From positions 11,795-75,794 of IMG/VR virus record IMGVR_UViG_3300010413_000014: a DNA stretch of 64,000 nt; one strand, written 5' to 3'. Of the stretch, positions 9,713 to 19,411 are shown one piece after another (positions within the stretch are counted from its first letter, which is position 1; each line of letters starts with the position of its first letter). The DNA is from a virus. The position numbers and the translations under genes are program-made. The notes below the pieces were generated by a model. That model was not told the origin of the DNA. It made no database searches and worked only from the letters and a program-made list of their open reading frames with translations.

Positions 9713-10858
9713 TTAGTTTTGTTTCTCTTCATTATCAAACTTCAGCTTATTGATCTGAAGTTTACCGATATCCTTCTGAAAGATTGAGTGCGATAAGATT
9801 CGATTGTATTGTTGCTCCAGAATATCTCTTCCTTTTTGAGTTATTGCATTAAAAATCTTATATGCATCCTCGAGCTCATCTGTAGACCAACCTGAATTCT
9901 GAGCTACTCCACCAAGGATCGGCGGAATCAAATATGAGCCAAGAATCACCTCTTTTGATAATTCATAACCATCTCTACATGACTGTATGGTGGTGGCTCT
10001 GCCTGCCGATCCTGATCCGATTTCTTCTAGCAACGTCGCTTGAACCTCATCTGGAGATAATCCTGCAAAAGTAACAATCTTCCCATTTCCTCTTGCTCCT
10101 TGAGCGTTTGTTAATGCTCTCTCTAGAGCTATCAGTGATTCATCTTCACTATCCATCGCTGTCTTTAGTATGTAGCTATTAACGAATCCTGTTGCAGTTT
10201 CCTTTCTGACTAATATACTATTCTCGACATCGCTTAAAACATAGTTGATAGATGATTGAAGTGGAGGAATAGGATAAGAGCTGAATCCTGCATTAGAGTA
10301 GTAGAGTATTTGTCCTGAATAATTTCCAATCTTCTCAGATTTTTCGATTTGCTTGAGGACAGCTTTTGGGTTGAAGCGATCGATCCATTTGATTTTGCCT
10401 CGCGTTGGTGTTTGAATGATAGTCTTTTGAATCTCACTATTCATCCCAAAGTTTGGATGATATCCAAACTTGGAAGCATAATTAATCTCATCTAACTGAT
10501 TGAATCGTAGATCAGTAAGACTCATCGGTCGCATACTTACAACCTCTCCTTTGATATTGAAGTTGCAATGAACTGCAAATCCTCCAAATTCAGCCAATTC
10601 ATCTGCAGAGTAATCAATGCACTCCTTGATAGTTAATCCTGTTGGATGAACAATTGTATCTTCACCTTCAAAACCTGCACCTTTATAGAATTTGGCTGTC
10701 CTTGAAACCGCAGGCTTTGCTGAGGGTGATTGCTCAATCAAATTTTTCAGCGTTTGTGGAAACGCATTGTTTGTTCCCCATCTCATTATCCCGAGAGCAG
10801 AGTCTTCGAGTGTAGTGATCTGAGTTAATTCTCGGTAAGTGTTTAAGTAGAACGCCAT
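9713..10858 (-). CDS. Portal protein
   Basis: WG.NN.FPQ.L..LIEQSP, YPIP, GARGNGKI, YLIPPILGG motifs of Bacteroidota phage portals. Confidence 0.75.
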   Translation of the reverse strand: MAFYLNTYRELTQITTLEDSALGIMRWGTNNAFPQTLKNLIEQSPSAKPAVSRTAKFYKGAGFEGEDTIVHPTGLTIKECIDYSADELAEFGGFAVHCNFNIKGEVVSMRPMSLTDLRFNQLDEINYASKFGYHPNFGMNSEIQKTIIQTPTRGKIKWIDRFNPKAVLKQIEKSEKIGNYSGQILYYSNAGFSSYPIPPLQSSINYVLSDVENSILVRKETATGFVNSYILKTAMDSEDESLIALERALTNAQGARGNGKIVTFAGLSPDEVQATLLEEIGSGSAGRATTIQSCRDGYELSKEVILGSYLIPPILGGVAQNSGWSTDELEDAYKIFNAITQKGRDILEQQYNRILSHSIFQKDIGKLQINKLKFDNEEKQN

Positions 10859-10865
10859 CTCAATC

Positions 10866-11066
10866 TTAATTTAAATCTCTAGGCTCGTAGAATGGATCCT
10901 CTAACTTTCTCAAATAATCAACCGCTGATCTCAATTCAACTCTACGCAATTGTTCATCAGAACATTTACTGTGAGTTTGATATAACTCAAAGATAGCTTT
11001 TACGCTAGGTCGATCAAATGCTGGGCGCCATACATCTACTGCAATAAATCTTGTTCCTGTTCCCAT
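10866..11066 (-). CDS. Hypothetical protein
   Basis: 66-aa ORF immediately upstream of the portal. Confidence 0.55.
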   Translation of the reverse strand: MGTGTRFIAVDVWRPAFDRPSVKAIFELYQTHSKCSDEQLRRVELRSAVDYLRKLEDPFYEPRDLN

Positions 11067-11167
11067 TTTATATGTTTAACGGGATTTCTGACACTATTGT
11101 CATTGTGCTTAGTGTAAATATGTACTACATTACAAAAAGCTAAAATAAGCTCATTAAACAAAAGAAA

Positions 11168-11191
11168 AAGCCTTCATCTTTATGAAGGCTT
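11168..11191 (-). terminator. Rho-independent terminator after tRNA-Ala
   Basis: AAGCCTTCAT-N4-ATGAAGGCTT followed by a T-tract on the minus strand. Confidence 0.6.
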
Positions 11192-11230
11192 TGTTCCAAA
11201 GTTATGAAAACAAACGAGCAATAAAATCTG

Positions 11231-11303
11231 TGGAGTTGAAGGGACTTGAACCCTCATCCTCTTCCTTGCAAAAGAAACGCTCAGCCAATTGAGCTACAAC
11301 CCC
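11231..11303 (-). tRNA. tRNA-Ala(TGC)
   Basis: GGGGTTG/CAACTCC acceptor stem with G3-U70, anticodon loop TT-TGC-AA, GGTTCAAGTCC T arm; CCA not encoded. Confidence 0.92.
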
Positions 11304-11658
11304 ATGGTGAGGATCAGATTTTCTGATCCTCCTTTCTTCAACAAATCGCCTAGCACTATCGATGCTTCCAGCGGCGACTGGCCTCGACTTCTCAATGATC
11401 CTATGTGTGCTTTCCTCTTTATGTTGAAGTTGTGTTCGAACTTAATACAATCTCTTCATCTGAAGTATTTTGTTGGTGGTAGAATTTTCAATCAACTACC
11501 TTCTTCAGGGACGGCCGAGTAAAGAGAACTTATTGATAGTGAGATCATTATAACGGTGAGATTTTCACGATATCAAAAACATAAATCACTCACTACCAAT
11601 AAGATAGATTTTTAAAAATCGCGTGGGGGTACAAACTTCATTACCCTCTGATTTACAA

Positions 11659-13953
11659 TTAACTAAAGAACCATTCACTCTTCATTAAGCAATTTAATCC
11701 ATTCCTAAAATGGAATCCTTTCAACTGTGGATACTGAATTTTATTCAGATCTTTTTCGTGAACCTTACATTGACGAGCTTGATGCTTTAATTGCTCATCG
11801 AGAGCTCGCAAAGGTTGATTCCGAATTAATTTAATGAATTCTCTTTTAGTGATATCGAGCATAATGCTAGTATTGTTGGGTGTTGTTCCGAAAGAGTCGT
11901 GAATCCAACTTGTATTCCTTACTCCTCGCCTCTTCATCTGCAAAGCAACATTCCTCAACAACATTGCATCAAGCGAATGAATATAGTTAGGCGAAACAGC
12001 ACTTCGCATCTTTCTCGGTGTCACTTTATCAGTGAAAACGATGCGAGAGATTCTTGAAACTCTTCCCTTCAACTTTACTGATATCTGCGATTTCTTTTCT
12101 TCATACTTCACGTGTTTCACATAGAATCCATCAGGAGTGATCCATTCGATAGATTGCCCCTTTTTTGCGATCACTGTACACATAGCATGAATATATTTCT
12201 CAAAAGCCTTGCCGCCCACCAGCACTCCATTGATCGATTCTCCGATCACTTTAGCCAATTGACTTGCATATTTGCGAGTGATCCATTTCCGATCTAAATC
12301 AAGCTCACGAAACATGTTGTAGATAATCTCAGTTCGACCTCCAGCAGTTCCTCCATAATTTGAAACCATTACAGGTCTCTTGCAAATCTTTCTACCCTTC
12401 TCTAAAAGAAGATTATAAAAGAAGATCTGAGCTTCATCTTCACACTTCTCTTCTGGCTTTAATGCTTCAACAGTTGTATTTGCGACTTCTAAATAAGCAT
12501 CCTCTCGCTTTCCTTCTGGATGAGGGATTACATTAGTAACTTGACATCCTTTAAGATCACCAGTAATTGCTGATGTAAATTGAGATCCTGAATTGCAAGC
12601 ATCAAGATGAATCCGCGTCTTAACTGGATATAAATGATCCTTTTCGTATCTTTGAAGCTCAATCTGATGAGCTAAAAATTGATACGGTTCATCTGCTTCA
12701 TGATAATCTGTATGAAGAAGCTCTTTACCTCGCTTTACTCGCTCTATGAAAGAGATCTTATCATCTCCATAAAGTGAAGCAAGATAGGCATAGCACCAGT
12801 TAGCTCCATCTTCATTCAAAACTTCACCTTCAGCAAACTCCAACAATGCCTTAACTGCATCACTACCTTGAGGTGAGAGTCCAATTGGAATAGGATAAAT
12901 TCTTCCTCTAAAGTCATAGTTATGAGGAAAGTAGATATCTTGATCCAAGTAATCGTAAGCAATGTTAATTGCATTCTTGGTTGCTCTCCACTTTCCTACT
13001 GCTGACTCATAATCGCCAGCTTCAGCATTATAGAGCGCAATTGCTTCATAATACTCCTCCAATACTTCTTCTGAAGCTGATTCAATATGAATCTTCTCTG
13101 GAAACTTAGTTTTCACATAATCTTCCCACTTAGGTTCCTTCAAATCTCGTTCAACCGCCACTAAAACCTCACGATTAACTCTCCACGGAATGCTTTGAAT
13201 GTAATTAACAGTATCGAAGATGTTTTGTGAGTAACGTGAATAATCAACATTCGATCCTTTGATCCGAATCAAAGGCTGTTGAAACTCTCGATAACCTCCA
13301 ACGATTCCAGCAACATCATCATAAAACCAATCAAGAGGCTTCTCAGTCATTGGAAGAGGATAGAAGGCATATATCTTCTTCATCCACAATATCTCTGACA
13401 TCTTTTCATTGATATTGCAAGTATAAATCTGACGAAGCTGAGTTCCTTCATTCCAAGAGAAAGCTTCAAAGTAACGAGAACTATCAACAATCTGCTCAAT
13501 GCAACGCCAGGTTCGATCAAACCCCAACTTCTCACCAAACACGTGACGATCAATTGATGAGATCAAGGTGTGTCGGAATTGAGGTTGAAAGCGTTTTGTT
13601 TCAATCTTTTCCCTTAAATTGATCAAATTATCAGTTACTCGAATACTTCCAAACATAAAGAGGATCACAGAAGTTAAGATGTCGATAGTTTCTTCTCGAG
13701 TTGAAAAAATCGCCTGCAAAACCTTTCGATCAGCCTTAGCTGTATCTTCATTAATCCATCTTATGAAATCATCTGCCAATCGATCAGCCTCATCAATAAC
13801 CAACTGTTGAGCTAGTTGCATTGAAGCTAACTTATGCTTATTTCCGTGAGAATTAATGAGCTCCTTCTCAATTCGAAGCTCACCTCTCTCTTTCATCTTT
13901 TGCTCATTTGTCTGATCTTCACTCATTTCATAACAATAATTTTCATTACTCAT
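11659..13953 (-). CDS. T7-like single-subunit DNA-directed RNA polymerase
   Basis: DFRGRIYP, PQGSD, motif A HLDACNSGSQ, motif B RKICKRPVMVSNYG, SPNYIHSLDA, motif C WIHDSFG. Confidence 0.95.
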   Translation of the reverse strand: MSNENYCYEMSEDQTNEQKMKERGELRIEKELINSHGNKHKLASMQLAQQLVIDEADRLADDFIRWINEDTAKADRKVLQAIFSTREETIDILTSVILFMFGSIRVTDNLINLREKIETKRFQPQFRHTLISSIDRHVFGEKLGFDRTWRCIEQIVDSSRYFEAFSWNEGTQLRQIYTCNINEKMSEILWMKKIYAFYPLPMTEKPLDWFYDDVAGIVGGYREFQQPLIRIKGSNVDYSRYSQNIFDTVNYIQSIPWRVNREVLVAVERDLKEPKWEDYVKTKFPEKIHIESASEEVLEEYYEAIALYNAEAGDYESAVGKWRATKNAINIAYDYLDQDIYFPHNYDFRGRIYPIPIGLSPQGSDAVKALLEFAEGEVLNEDGANWCYAYLASLYGDDKISFIERVKRGKELLHTDYHEADEPYQFLAHQIELQRYEKDHLYPVKTRIHLDACNSGSQFTSAITGDLKGCQVTNVIPHPEGKREDAYLEVANTTVEALKPEEKCEDEAQIFFYNLLLEKGRKICKRPVMVSNYGGTAGGRTEIIYNMFRELDLDRKWITRKYASQLAKVIGESINGVLVGGKAFEKYIHAMCTVIAKKGQSIEWITPDGFYVKHVKYEEKKSQISVKLKGRVSRISRIVFTDKVTPRKMRSAVSPNYIHSLDAMLLRNVALQMKRRGVRNTSWIHDSFGTTPNNTSIMLDITKREFIKLIRNQPLRALDEQLKHQARQCKVHEKDLNKIQYPQLKGFHFRNGLNCLMKSEWFFS

Positions 13954-13998
13954 GCACTTTATGGTGGCTTGAGTTCACCTTTCAAATTTTTCAGATTG

Positions 13999-14030
13999 CA
14001 AAGATAGCTATTCGATCTCAAATTTGCAAA
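13999..14030 (-). promoter_or_regulatory. Canonical Bacteroidota sigmaA-type promoter for the RNAP gene
   Basis: Minus strand reads TTTGC-N19-TATCTTTG, matching the -33 TTTG / -7 TAnnTTTG consensus. Confidence 0.75.
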
Positions 14031-14120
14031 ATCATCCTCAAAAATCATCCTATCCACCTCACCTATCTATCTACCACCCTAACAAGAGATCCTACCCCTA
14101 TATATTATATAAAAACTACC

Positions 14121-14165
14121 CTTTCTTTTTTTCTTTCTTCAGATACTAGGGAGTAAAGAGAAAGA
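14121..14165 (+). repeat. 45-bp element, copy 1 (candidate phage-RNAP promoter)
   Basis: CTTTCTTTTTTTCTTTCTTCAGATACTAGGGAGTAAAGAGAAAGA; exact reverse complement at 60403-60447. Confidence 0.9.
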
Positions 14166-14295
14166 TTTGATAATGAGATAGTTTGAATGGGTCCAAAAAA
14201 AACGGTAAAATGCGGGGTTGAATATGATTTTTGCGCGATTTTCCGCGTTGGGGTATTTTTTGTATTAATCCTCAAAGTATAAAGTAGATATGAGG

Positions 14296-14472
14296 CTAAT
14301 ATGCAAAATTATCTGGATCATCATTATCGGATTCATGTTTGAATTTGATAACCAAAATTACCACAATTGCGAATCCATGAATTGAGAAAATACTCGCTTG
14401 TTCTAGATCTTGTGAATAAGTAGCGAAAATAGTTGTTATTACTATAGCTATTGCAATTTTAATCCATTTCAT
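14296..14472 (-). CDS. Small membrane protein (58 aa, two hydrophobic segments)
   Basis: Read manually: MKWIKIAIAIVITTIFATY...FAIVVILVIKF. Confidence 0.5.
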   Translation of the reverse strand: MKWIKIAIAIVITTIFATYSQDLEQASIFSIHGFAIVVILVIKFKHESDNDDPDNFAY

Positions 14473-14525
14473 GATAAAATACTTTGCGAGGGATTTTGAA
14501 GCACAAATCCCTCATTAAACATCTA

Positions 14526-14741
14526 TTATTTCAAATTATTATCATACTCGTAATCTTCAATCATGTTATCAAGCAAATCAAGTATTGTTTTTGTTGTTGC
14601 TTGTCTTGTTCTTGCAGCACCACATTCATCTTCCAAAATATACCATTTCTTATCTTCTACACATTTAACTCCTGTTAGAGAATATTCTGTACCATCTACT
14701 GCCTTTTTTGTGATTGTGTAATGTCCTGTTAGAGTTGTCAT
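14526..14741 (-). CDS. Hypothetical early protein
   Basis: Directly after the promoter module at 14764. Confidence 0.65.
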   Translation of the reverse strand: MTTLTGHYTITKKAVDGTEYSLTGVKCVEDKKWYILEDECGAARTRQATTKTILDLLDNMIEDYEYDNNLK

Positions 14742-14993
14742 ATCGTTTGTTTTTAATTATAATGTAAATATAGATGTTTTAACAATGCAAGACAACAAAA
14801 AAGAGCGAAATCTTTATCAGATATCGCTCTTTACATTTAATTTAAATAAAGCTGCTTATTCCACAATCTTCTTTCCAACTAGGGTACCATCAAGCTTTTC
14901 CCAATCTTTAAAGTAAGATAGAAGTGCATCTTGCTTCGATTAGAGTCATTGACTCTGATTTTAAAATCCTTTAACTCTTTCATTTTCGTATTT

Positions 14994-15326
14994 TTAAATT
15001 GTAAAATTCAACCAAAACCAACGCTTAATTCTCTTCCACCAACTCTTTGTTTCTTGAGCTCTTGGAGCAGCACAAAAGGTGAATATATCAATATTATCTA
15101 ACTGGATAATCAGAAGACATCCCAGATCATCAATCTTAGCAGGAACTGTATAATCAAGATTACTGTTCTGATGTACAAGTTCATAGTACTCGTGATCGAT
15201 CGAATTATAACCGCTATCTTTACAATATTGAAGATAATCATCATATGACTCAAATACCGGACAAACCGGAATATTTGAAAATGGTTCATACTGAAGAGTA
15301 ACACTAAAATCTCTAATAAACTTCAT
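14994..15326 (-). CDS. Hypothetical protein
   Basis: 110-aa ORF in an operon. Confidence 0.55.
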   Translation of the reverse strand: MKFIRDFSVTLQYEPFSNIPVCPVFESYDDYLQYCKDSGYNSIDHEYYELVHQNSNLDYTVPAKIDDLGCLLIIQLDNIDIFTFCAAPRAQETKSWWKRIKRWFWLNFTI

Positions 15327-15329
15327 AAC

Positions 15330-15782
15330 TTATTTATTTAACGGTTTTAATTTTCTACCAAGTGATGCAAAACGAGATAAAGTAGCATGCAAACGTTCCT
15401 CTGATTCTCTCTTGAATCGTTCGCGATCCTGAGCAATCTTTTGTTTATGGAACTCATTTATATTCTTCTGGGTATCACTACTTACAATCACACCATTCAC
15501 CATAGAGCGAAGATCCAATCGATCAACATTTTTGAACTCATTTACTACTTCATGTTGATCAAATTTAGTGTCGCTCAATTGATATCCAGGAAGATCTAAA
15601 ATCGAGCGAAAATTAGCTATCTGCATCGATAAACTGTGAGCCGAAACACCTATCACATACTTTGCGATAACCTCGATCTCTTCAGATAATAACCCGCTTG
15701 TTCCATAGCAAGCGATATAGTATGCGATCATCAAATCTTCTTTTGACCACATATATCTGTTTTTGAATACTTTCTTAGGCAT
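15330..15782 (-). CDS. Hypothetical protein, possible DNA-binding N-domain
   Basis: WSKEDL.IAYY...SL.MQIANF resembles the N-terminal domain of some HNH nucleases. Confidence 0.5.
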   Translation of the reverse strand: MPKKVFKNRYMWSKEDLMIAYYIACYGTSGLLSEEIEVIAKYVIGVSAHSLSMQIANFRSILDLPGYQLSDTKFDQHEVVNEFKNVDRLDLRSMVNGVIVSSDTQKNINEFHKQKIAQDRERFKRESEERLHATLSRFASLGRKLKPLNK

Positions 15783-15804
15783 GGTTATTGAATTTTGGTT
15801 TAAA

Positions 15805-16518
15805 TTATCTTAATCTTATCTTATTGATTACCTTCCCCATAGACTCAAAGCTACCTTTAACTTTGCAAGTAAGCTGAATAGTCTCACCCTTTTCACCTAA
15901 ATCCTTACCCTCATATTGAAAAATGTTTCCTTTATCATCCATCAATCTAAAAGTAACTCCATAAAAATTTTCCCACTTAGATAATATCTTGAGCTCTCTC
16001 TCAACTTTCTTTGAGTCAATAGGAAGTGCATCATTACTTTTTGATCTATTCTCTTCAAGGATCAGATCCTTAGCGATCTCACCATACTCAGCTAACTCCA
16101 TCATTAACTTCTTACTTTTACAAGTGAAGTTTCTTGCAGCCCAAAAGATGTATTTATAATCCATATCAAACACATCAGCAACTGTTTTACCTGTATATTT
16201 CCCACAAGGAAAAGTGTTATTTTCTCTCCTTGATCCAAAGGTCTCATCTATATCAACATCAATCCGATAATGACCTAATTTCTTCCTTGCGTTTTGAATA
16301 GCATCTTCAAAATCAATTGCCAAGGTCCCTAGGTAAGTATCCTTAATATAAGGATTCATTTTCAATGGACATGAATATAAAACAAACATCACACCTTTAG
16401 ATGCACTTGATTGACCTATAGTTATAACAAAACGTCTAGTTTCATGTTTTACTCCATCTAAGATAGATAAATCATATTGACCTTCTCTAATATCTTGAAT
16501 TTGCTTATTGATATCCAT
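15805..16518 (-). CDS. Hypothetical protein with DUF3820/ExoX-C-like motif and C-terminal OB-like region
   Basis: FPCGKYTGKTVADVF..D.KYIFW. Confidence 0.55.
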   Translation of the reverse strand: MDINKQIQDIREGQYDLSILDGVKHETRRFVITIGQSSASKGVMFVLYSCPLKMNPYIKDTYLGTLAIDFEDAIQNARKKLGHYRIDVDIDETFGSRRENNTFPCGKYTGKTVADVFDMDYKYIFWAARNFTCKSKKLMMELAEYGEIAKDLILEENRSKSNDALPIDSKKVERELKILSKWENFYGVTFRLMDDKGNIFQYEGKDLGEKGETIQLTCKVKGSFESMGKVINKIRLR

Positions 16519-16783
16519 GACTTGTGTTTTTGTGTTTTAATAGTCTAAAGATACAACCCACTTCAACACAATGCAACAAAAATAGGAGAAATCTTTTCAG
16601 AAATCTCCTATTTACTTAAAAATCAATACAATATTCTTAGTCTCTATCCTCCTCTAAAACCACATTTGCTGCTGCATATCTCGCTGCTCCTTCAGAATAT
16701 CCGCAATACCATTGAAAATCTTCAACCATTGCATTAAAATCCTCATTCACTTCAAAAATTTCCTCCAATTTCTCTCTCATAAT

Positions 16784-18646
16784 TTAACTTTTTGCTTTGT
16801 TTAACCAATCTCTATTGTAATGGTCACCTCTCATTTCATTCAAATCTGCATCAATAGGAATATAGCGACCAGAACTCCTATCATACATAAACCAAACATC
16901 TGCTCCAGCTTCACCTAAGTTATTTTGCTTTACTTTCAAGATACGAACTAAAACTGAATTAGCGCGGCGATAAACAGTGATCCCATGATAACTCATCTCA
17001 AAGAAGGCAGATGATCCTTTCACACTATAAAAGTCAGGAATCTCATATTCACCCGTCTTTTCATCCTTCTTCATCTTGAAGGGGTGAGCAACTAAAATAA
17101 CCATTACACCCATTTGATGAGAAAAATGTGTTAAAAGCCTCAGAATCTCTTCAATCTTTTCATGTCCAAAGAACTTACCTTTAATCGATAGCATGTTAAA
17201 TGGATCAATAACGAGATAACGAAAATCGTGCTCAGCTTTAACTTTAGCTGCTAATTTCAATAGCTTTTGAATATTTCCTCCAACGTTACCGGTATTAATA
17301 TGCTTGATCATATTAGTTACATAATCGTGAGCTACTTTGATAGTTTTCAAGTTATCTGGATTAGACCAATATGATTTGCAAGTAATATTGGTCCCAACCA
17401 TCTTTCGAATGAGCTTTATGAGATGTTCCTCTGGTGATTGCTCAAACCCTATAACTAGTGATCGCCTACCGTGAAGTCGAGCTAAATCAATCATGATCTG
17501 ATCAACCATCTCCGTCTTTCCGTGCCCTGGAATACCTGTAACTGTTAAGATCCCAGTTCCATCAAAGCGAAATGCATCTGCAAAATTCTTCAGAGATATT
17601 TCTTCACCAATTCGATCACCTTGATTGATGCGCTGCATTACTCGCTCAATAAGGTTTTCGTAAGATATTAATCCATCCTCATCCTCACCTGAATGCTCTT
17701 CAGTATTATTTGAATCAGTTGATGTACCCTTTGCATATGCAGTGTAATCGATATCGTCCTCATCCTCATCATCCTCATCTCTAGCTCCCAATCTATAAGG
17801 CCACTTTAATTGAGGTTTATGATTTGCTAATTCAGCAACTTCTGCAAATCGTTGCTCGTTGTCAGCTGACTTCTTGAAATGATATTCTGCTGCATCAATT
17901 ACAAAAGAGAGATCTTGTTGTGGATGTTTGAATCCGTATCGAGCTAAATCTAAGACTGAAACCTGGATAAAATGGAAGTTGTTGTTTGTCTTAGCTGCAA
18001 TATCATTCTCTAGCACAGTTTCAAAGAATTCCTGCGGATCATCCCACAATTCTCTCGATTCATCTAATTTCTCAAGCTCACCAACCTCTTCATAATCTTG
18101 CGAAATCAGTATATATGCAGGCTTAGCTTTCTCATTGATCCTGATATTCGGATCATAAGTCATTATCAAGCAATCGGTTATCGATAAATAATCAACATCA
18201 CCATAAAGCTTGAATTGCTGAACTACCTGTTTCCCGATTTGCCTGTAATTATCAGCATTGATTAGATCTGAGTGAACTCGATAGAGCAACTTAATTCCAT
18301 TTCCAGAAGGTGATATCATAGCTGCTAATACATGAGGATTCTCGTTCATGATATCCTCTTTCACATCTTCGAGATCATCTTCAACGTCATCGATATCAAG
18401 AATAATTAATCCACTTGCCTCAATAAAATCAGCTTTCTTTCTGAATCCATCAAAGAGTCCATGGAAAGCAATGGTAGGCAACTTCTTCTTAATATCCTTA
18501 TTCCCTGCTCGAACTTTATCAATCTCAGTTTTAAAATCACCGTTTTCAATAAGCTCAAGCGCCTCACCTACTGTTATCGTATCAGAAGCCTCGATTTGAT
18601 CGGTAGCGTCAAAATAACTAATCTTTGTCTCTAAAATCATACTCAC
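16784..18646 (-). CDS. Primase-helicase (BT4734/VirE-N-like domain + SF4 DnaB/gp4-like helicase)
   Basis: KKKLP...SGLIILDIDD, SPSGNGIK; VTGIPGHGKTE, FEQ, LVIDPFN, LVAHP, VKGSSAF. Confidence 0.85.
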   Translation of the reverse strand: MSMILETKISYFDATDQIEASDTITVGEALELIENGDFKTEIDKVRAGNKDIKKKLPTIAFHGLFDGFRKKADFIEASGLIILDIDDVEDDLEDVKEDIMNENPHVLAAMISPSGNGIKLLYRVHSDLINADNYRQIGKQVVQQFKLYGDVDYLSITDCLIMTYDPNIRINEKAKPAYILISQDYEEVGELEKLDESRELWDDPQEFFETVLENDIAAKTNNNFHFIQVSVLDLARYGFKHPQQDLSFVIDAAEYHFKKSADNEQRFAEVAELANHKPQLKWPYRLGARDEDDEDEDDIDYTAYAKGTSTDSNNTEEHSGEDEDGLISYENLIERVMQRINQGDRIGEEISLKNFADAFRFDGTGILTVTGIPGHGKTEMVDQIMIDLARLHGRRSLVIGFEQSPEEHLIKLIRKMVGTNITCKSYWSNPDNLKTIKVAHDYVTNMIKHINTGNVGGNIQKLLKLAAKVKAEHDFRYLVIDPFNMLSIKGKFFGHEKIEEILRLLTHFSHQMGVMVILVAHPFKMKKDEKTGEYEIPDFYSVKGSSAFFEMSYHGITVYRRANSVLVRILKVKQNNLGEAGADVWFMYDRSSGRYIPIDADLNEMRGDHYNRDWLNKAKS

Positions 18647-19411
18647 TTATTCTGTGGGCCAGTAAATCCACTCATATTCTGAAATAGCCCCTCGGTTTCG
18701 AATACTTTCGGTTATTTTGATGATGGTTTTAACATCTCTCCCATACTTCTTTTCATGAGTTGGTAATCCACTTCTCTCTCCATTGCTATTCAGAGAGTAT
18801 CTTCTCAAGGAATAGAGATCATTATCAACAATACCACTAAGATGTTTATTTGTAAGTATATCACCCTTTTTCAATTCAAGCTTTGAAGCCTCAACTCTAC
18901 TCTTACCAATCTTGGTTCTTTGAGCTTCTTCAAGATAAAGAGGAAACTTAGATGCTCTGAATACAGTACTATATCGCAAATACTTTGACATCACTTTATC
19001 ATCCTGCCAGAGCGCCCATCGATTACTGATTACGAGCTTGCAATCATCTACTGAACAATCTTTCAAGCGAGCACCAATTGCTTCTGCAGCTAATTTTGAA
19101 TCAGTCTTAATATTAGTTCCCCAAACCTCGTTCATAAATTCGATCACCTCAACAATAGCTGGAGTAATGAGATCTTTTTTCAAGGTTTCAGCAGCTTTGT
19201 TAGCTCTATCCCACTGAACAAAGCCTTCATTGTGAAGTTTTAATAAAGAGGCTCTAACCTCCTTATTATACTTAACTTTCACCTTAAATTTGGCTTGCAA
19301 TAACTTAGGATCCTTTTCTTTAAGAAGCATCAAGGTGATTAGTACACCCCTATCAAAAAGAGTTAACTTCTCATCCAATAATTGATCTATATTATTGATC
19401 GTTAATTTCAC
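18647..19411 (-). CDS. Putative replication initiator/loader with conserved phage C-terminal domain
   Basis: IEFMN...ARL....DDCKLVI....W..D..MSKYLR.STVF..SKF.LYL; adjacent to the helicase. Confidence 0.6.
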   Translation of the reverse strand: MKLTINNIDQLLDEKLTLFDRGVLITLMLLKEKDPKLLQAKFKVKVKYNKEVRASLLKLHNEGFVQWDRANKAAETLKKDLITPAIVEVIEFMNEVWGTNIKTDSKLAAEAIGARLKDCSVDDCKLVISNRWALWQDDKVMSKYLRYSTVFRASKFPLYLEEAQRTKIGKSRVEASKLELKKGDILTNKHLSGIVDNDLYSLRRYSLNSNGERSGLPTHEKKYGRDVKTIIKITESIRNRGAISEYEWIYWPTE

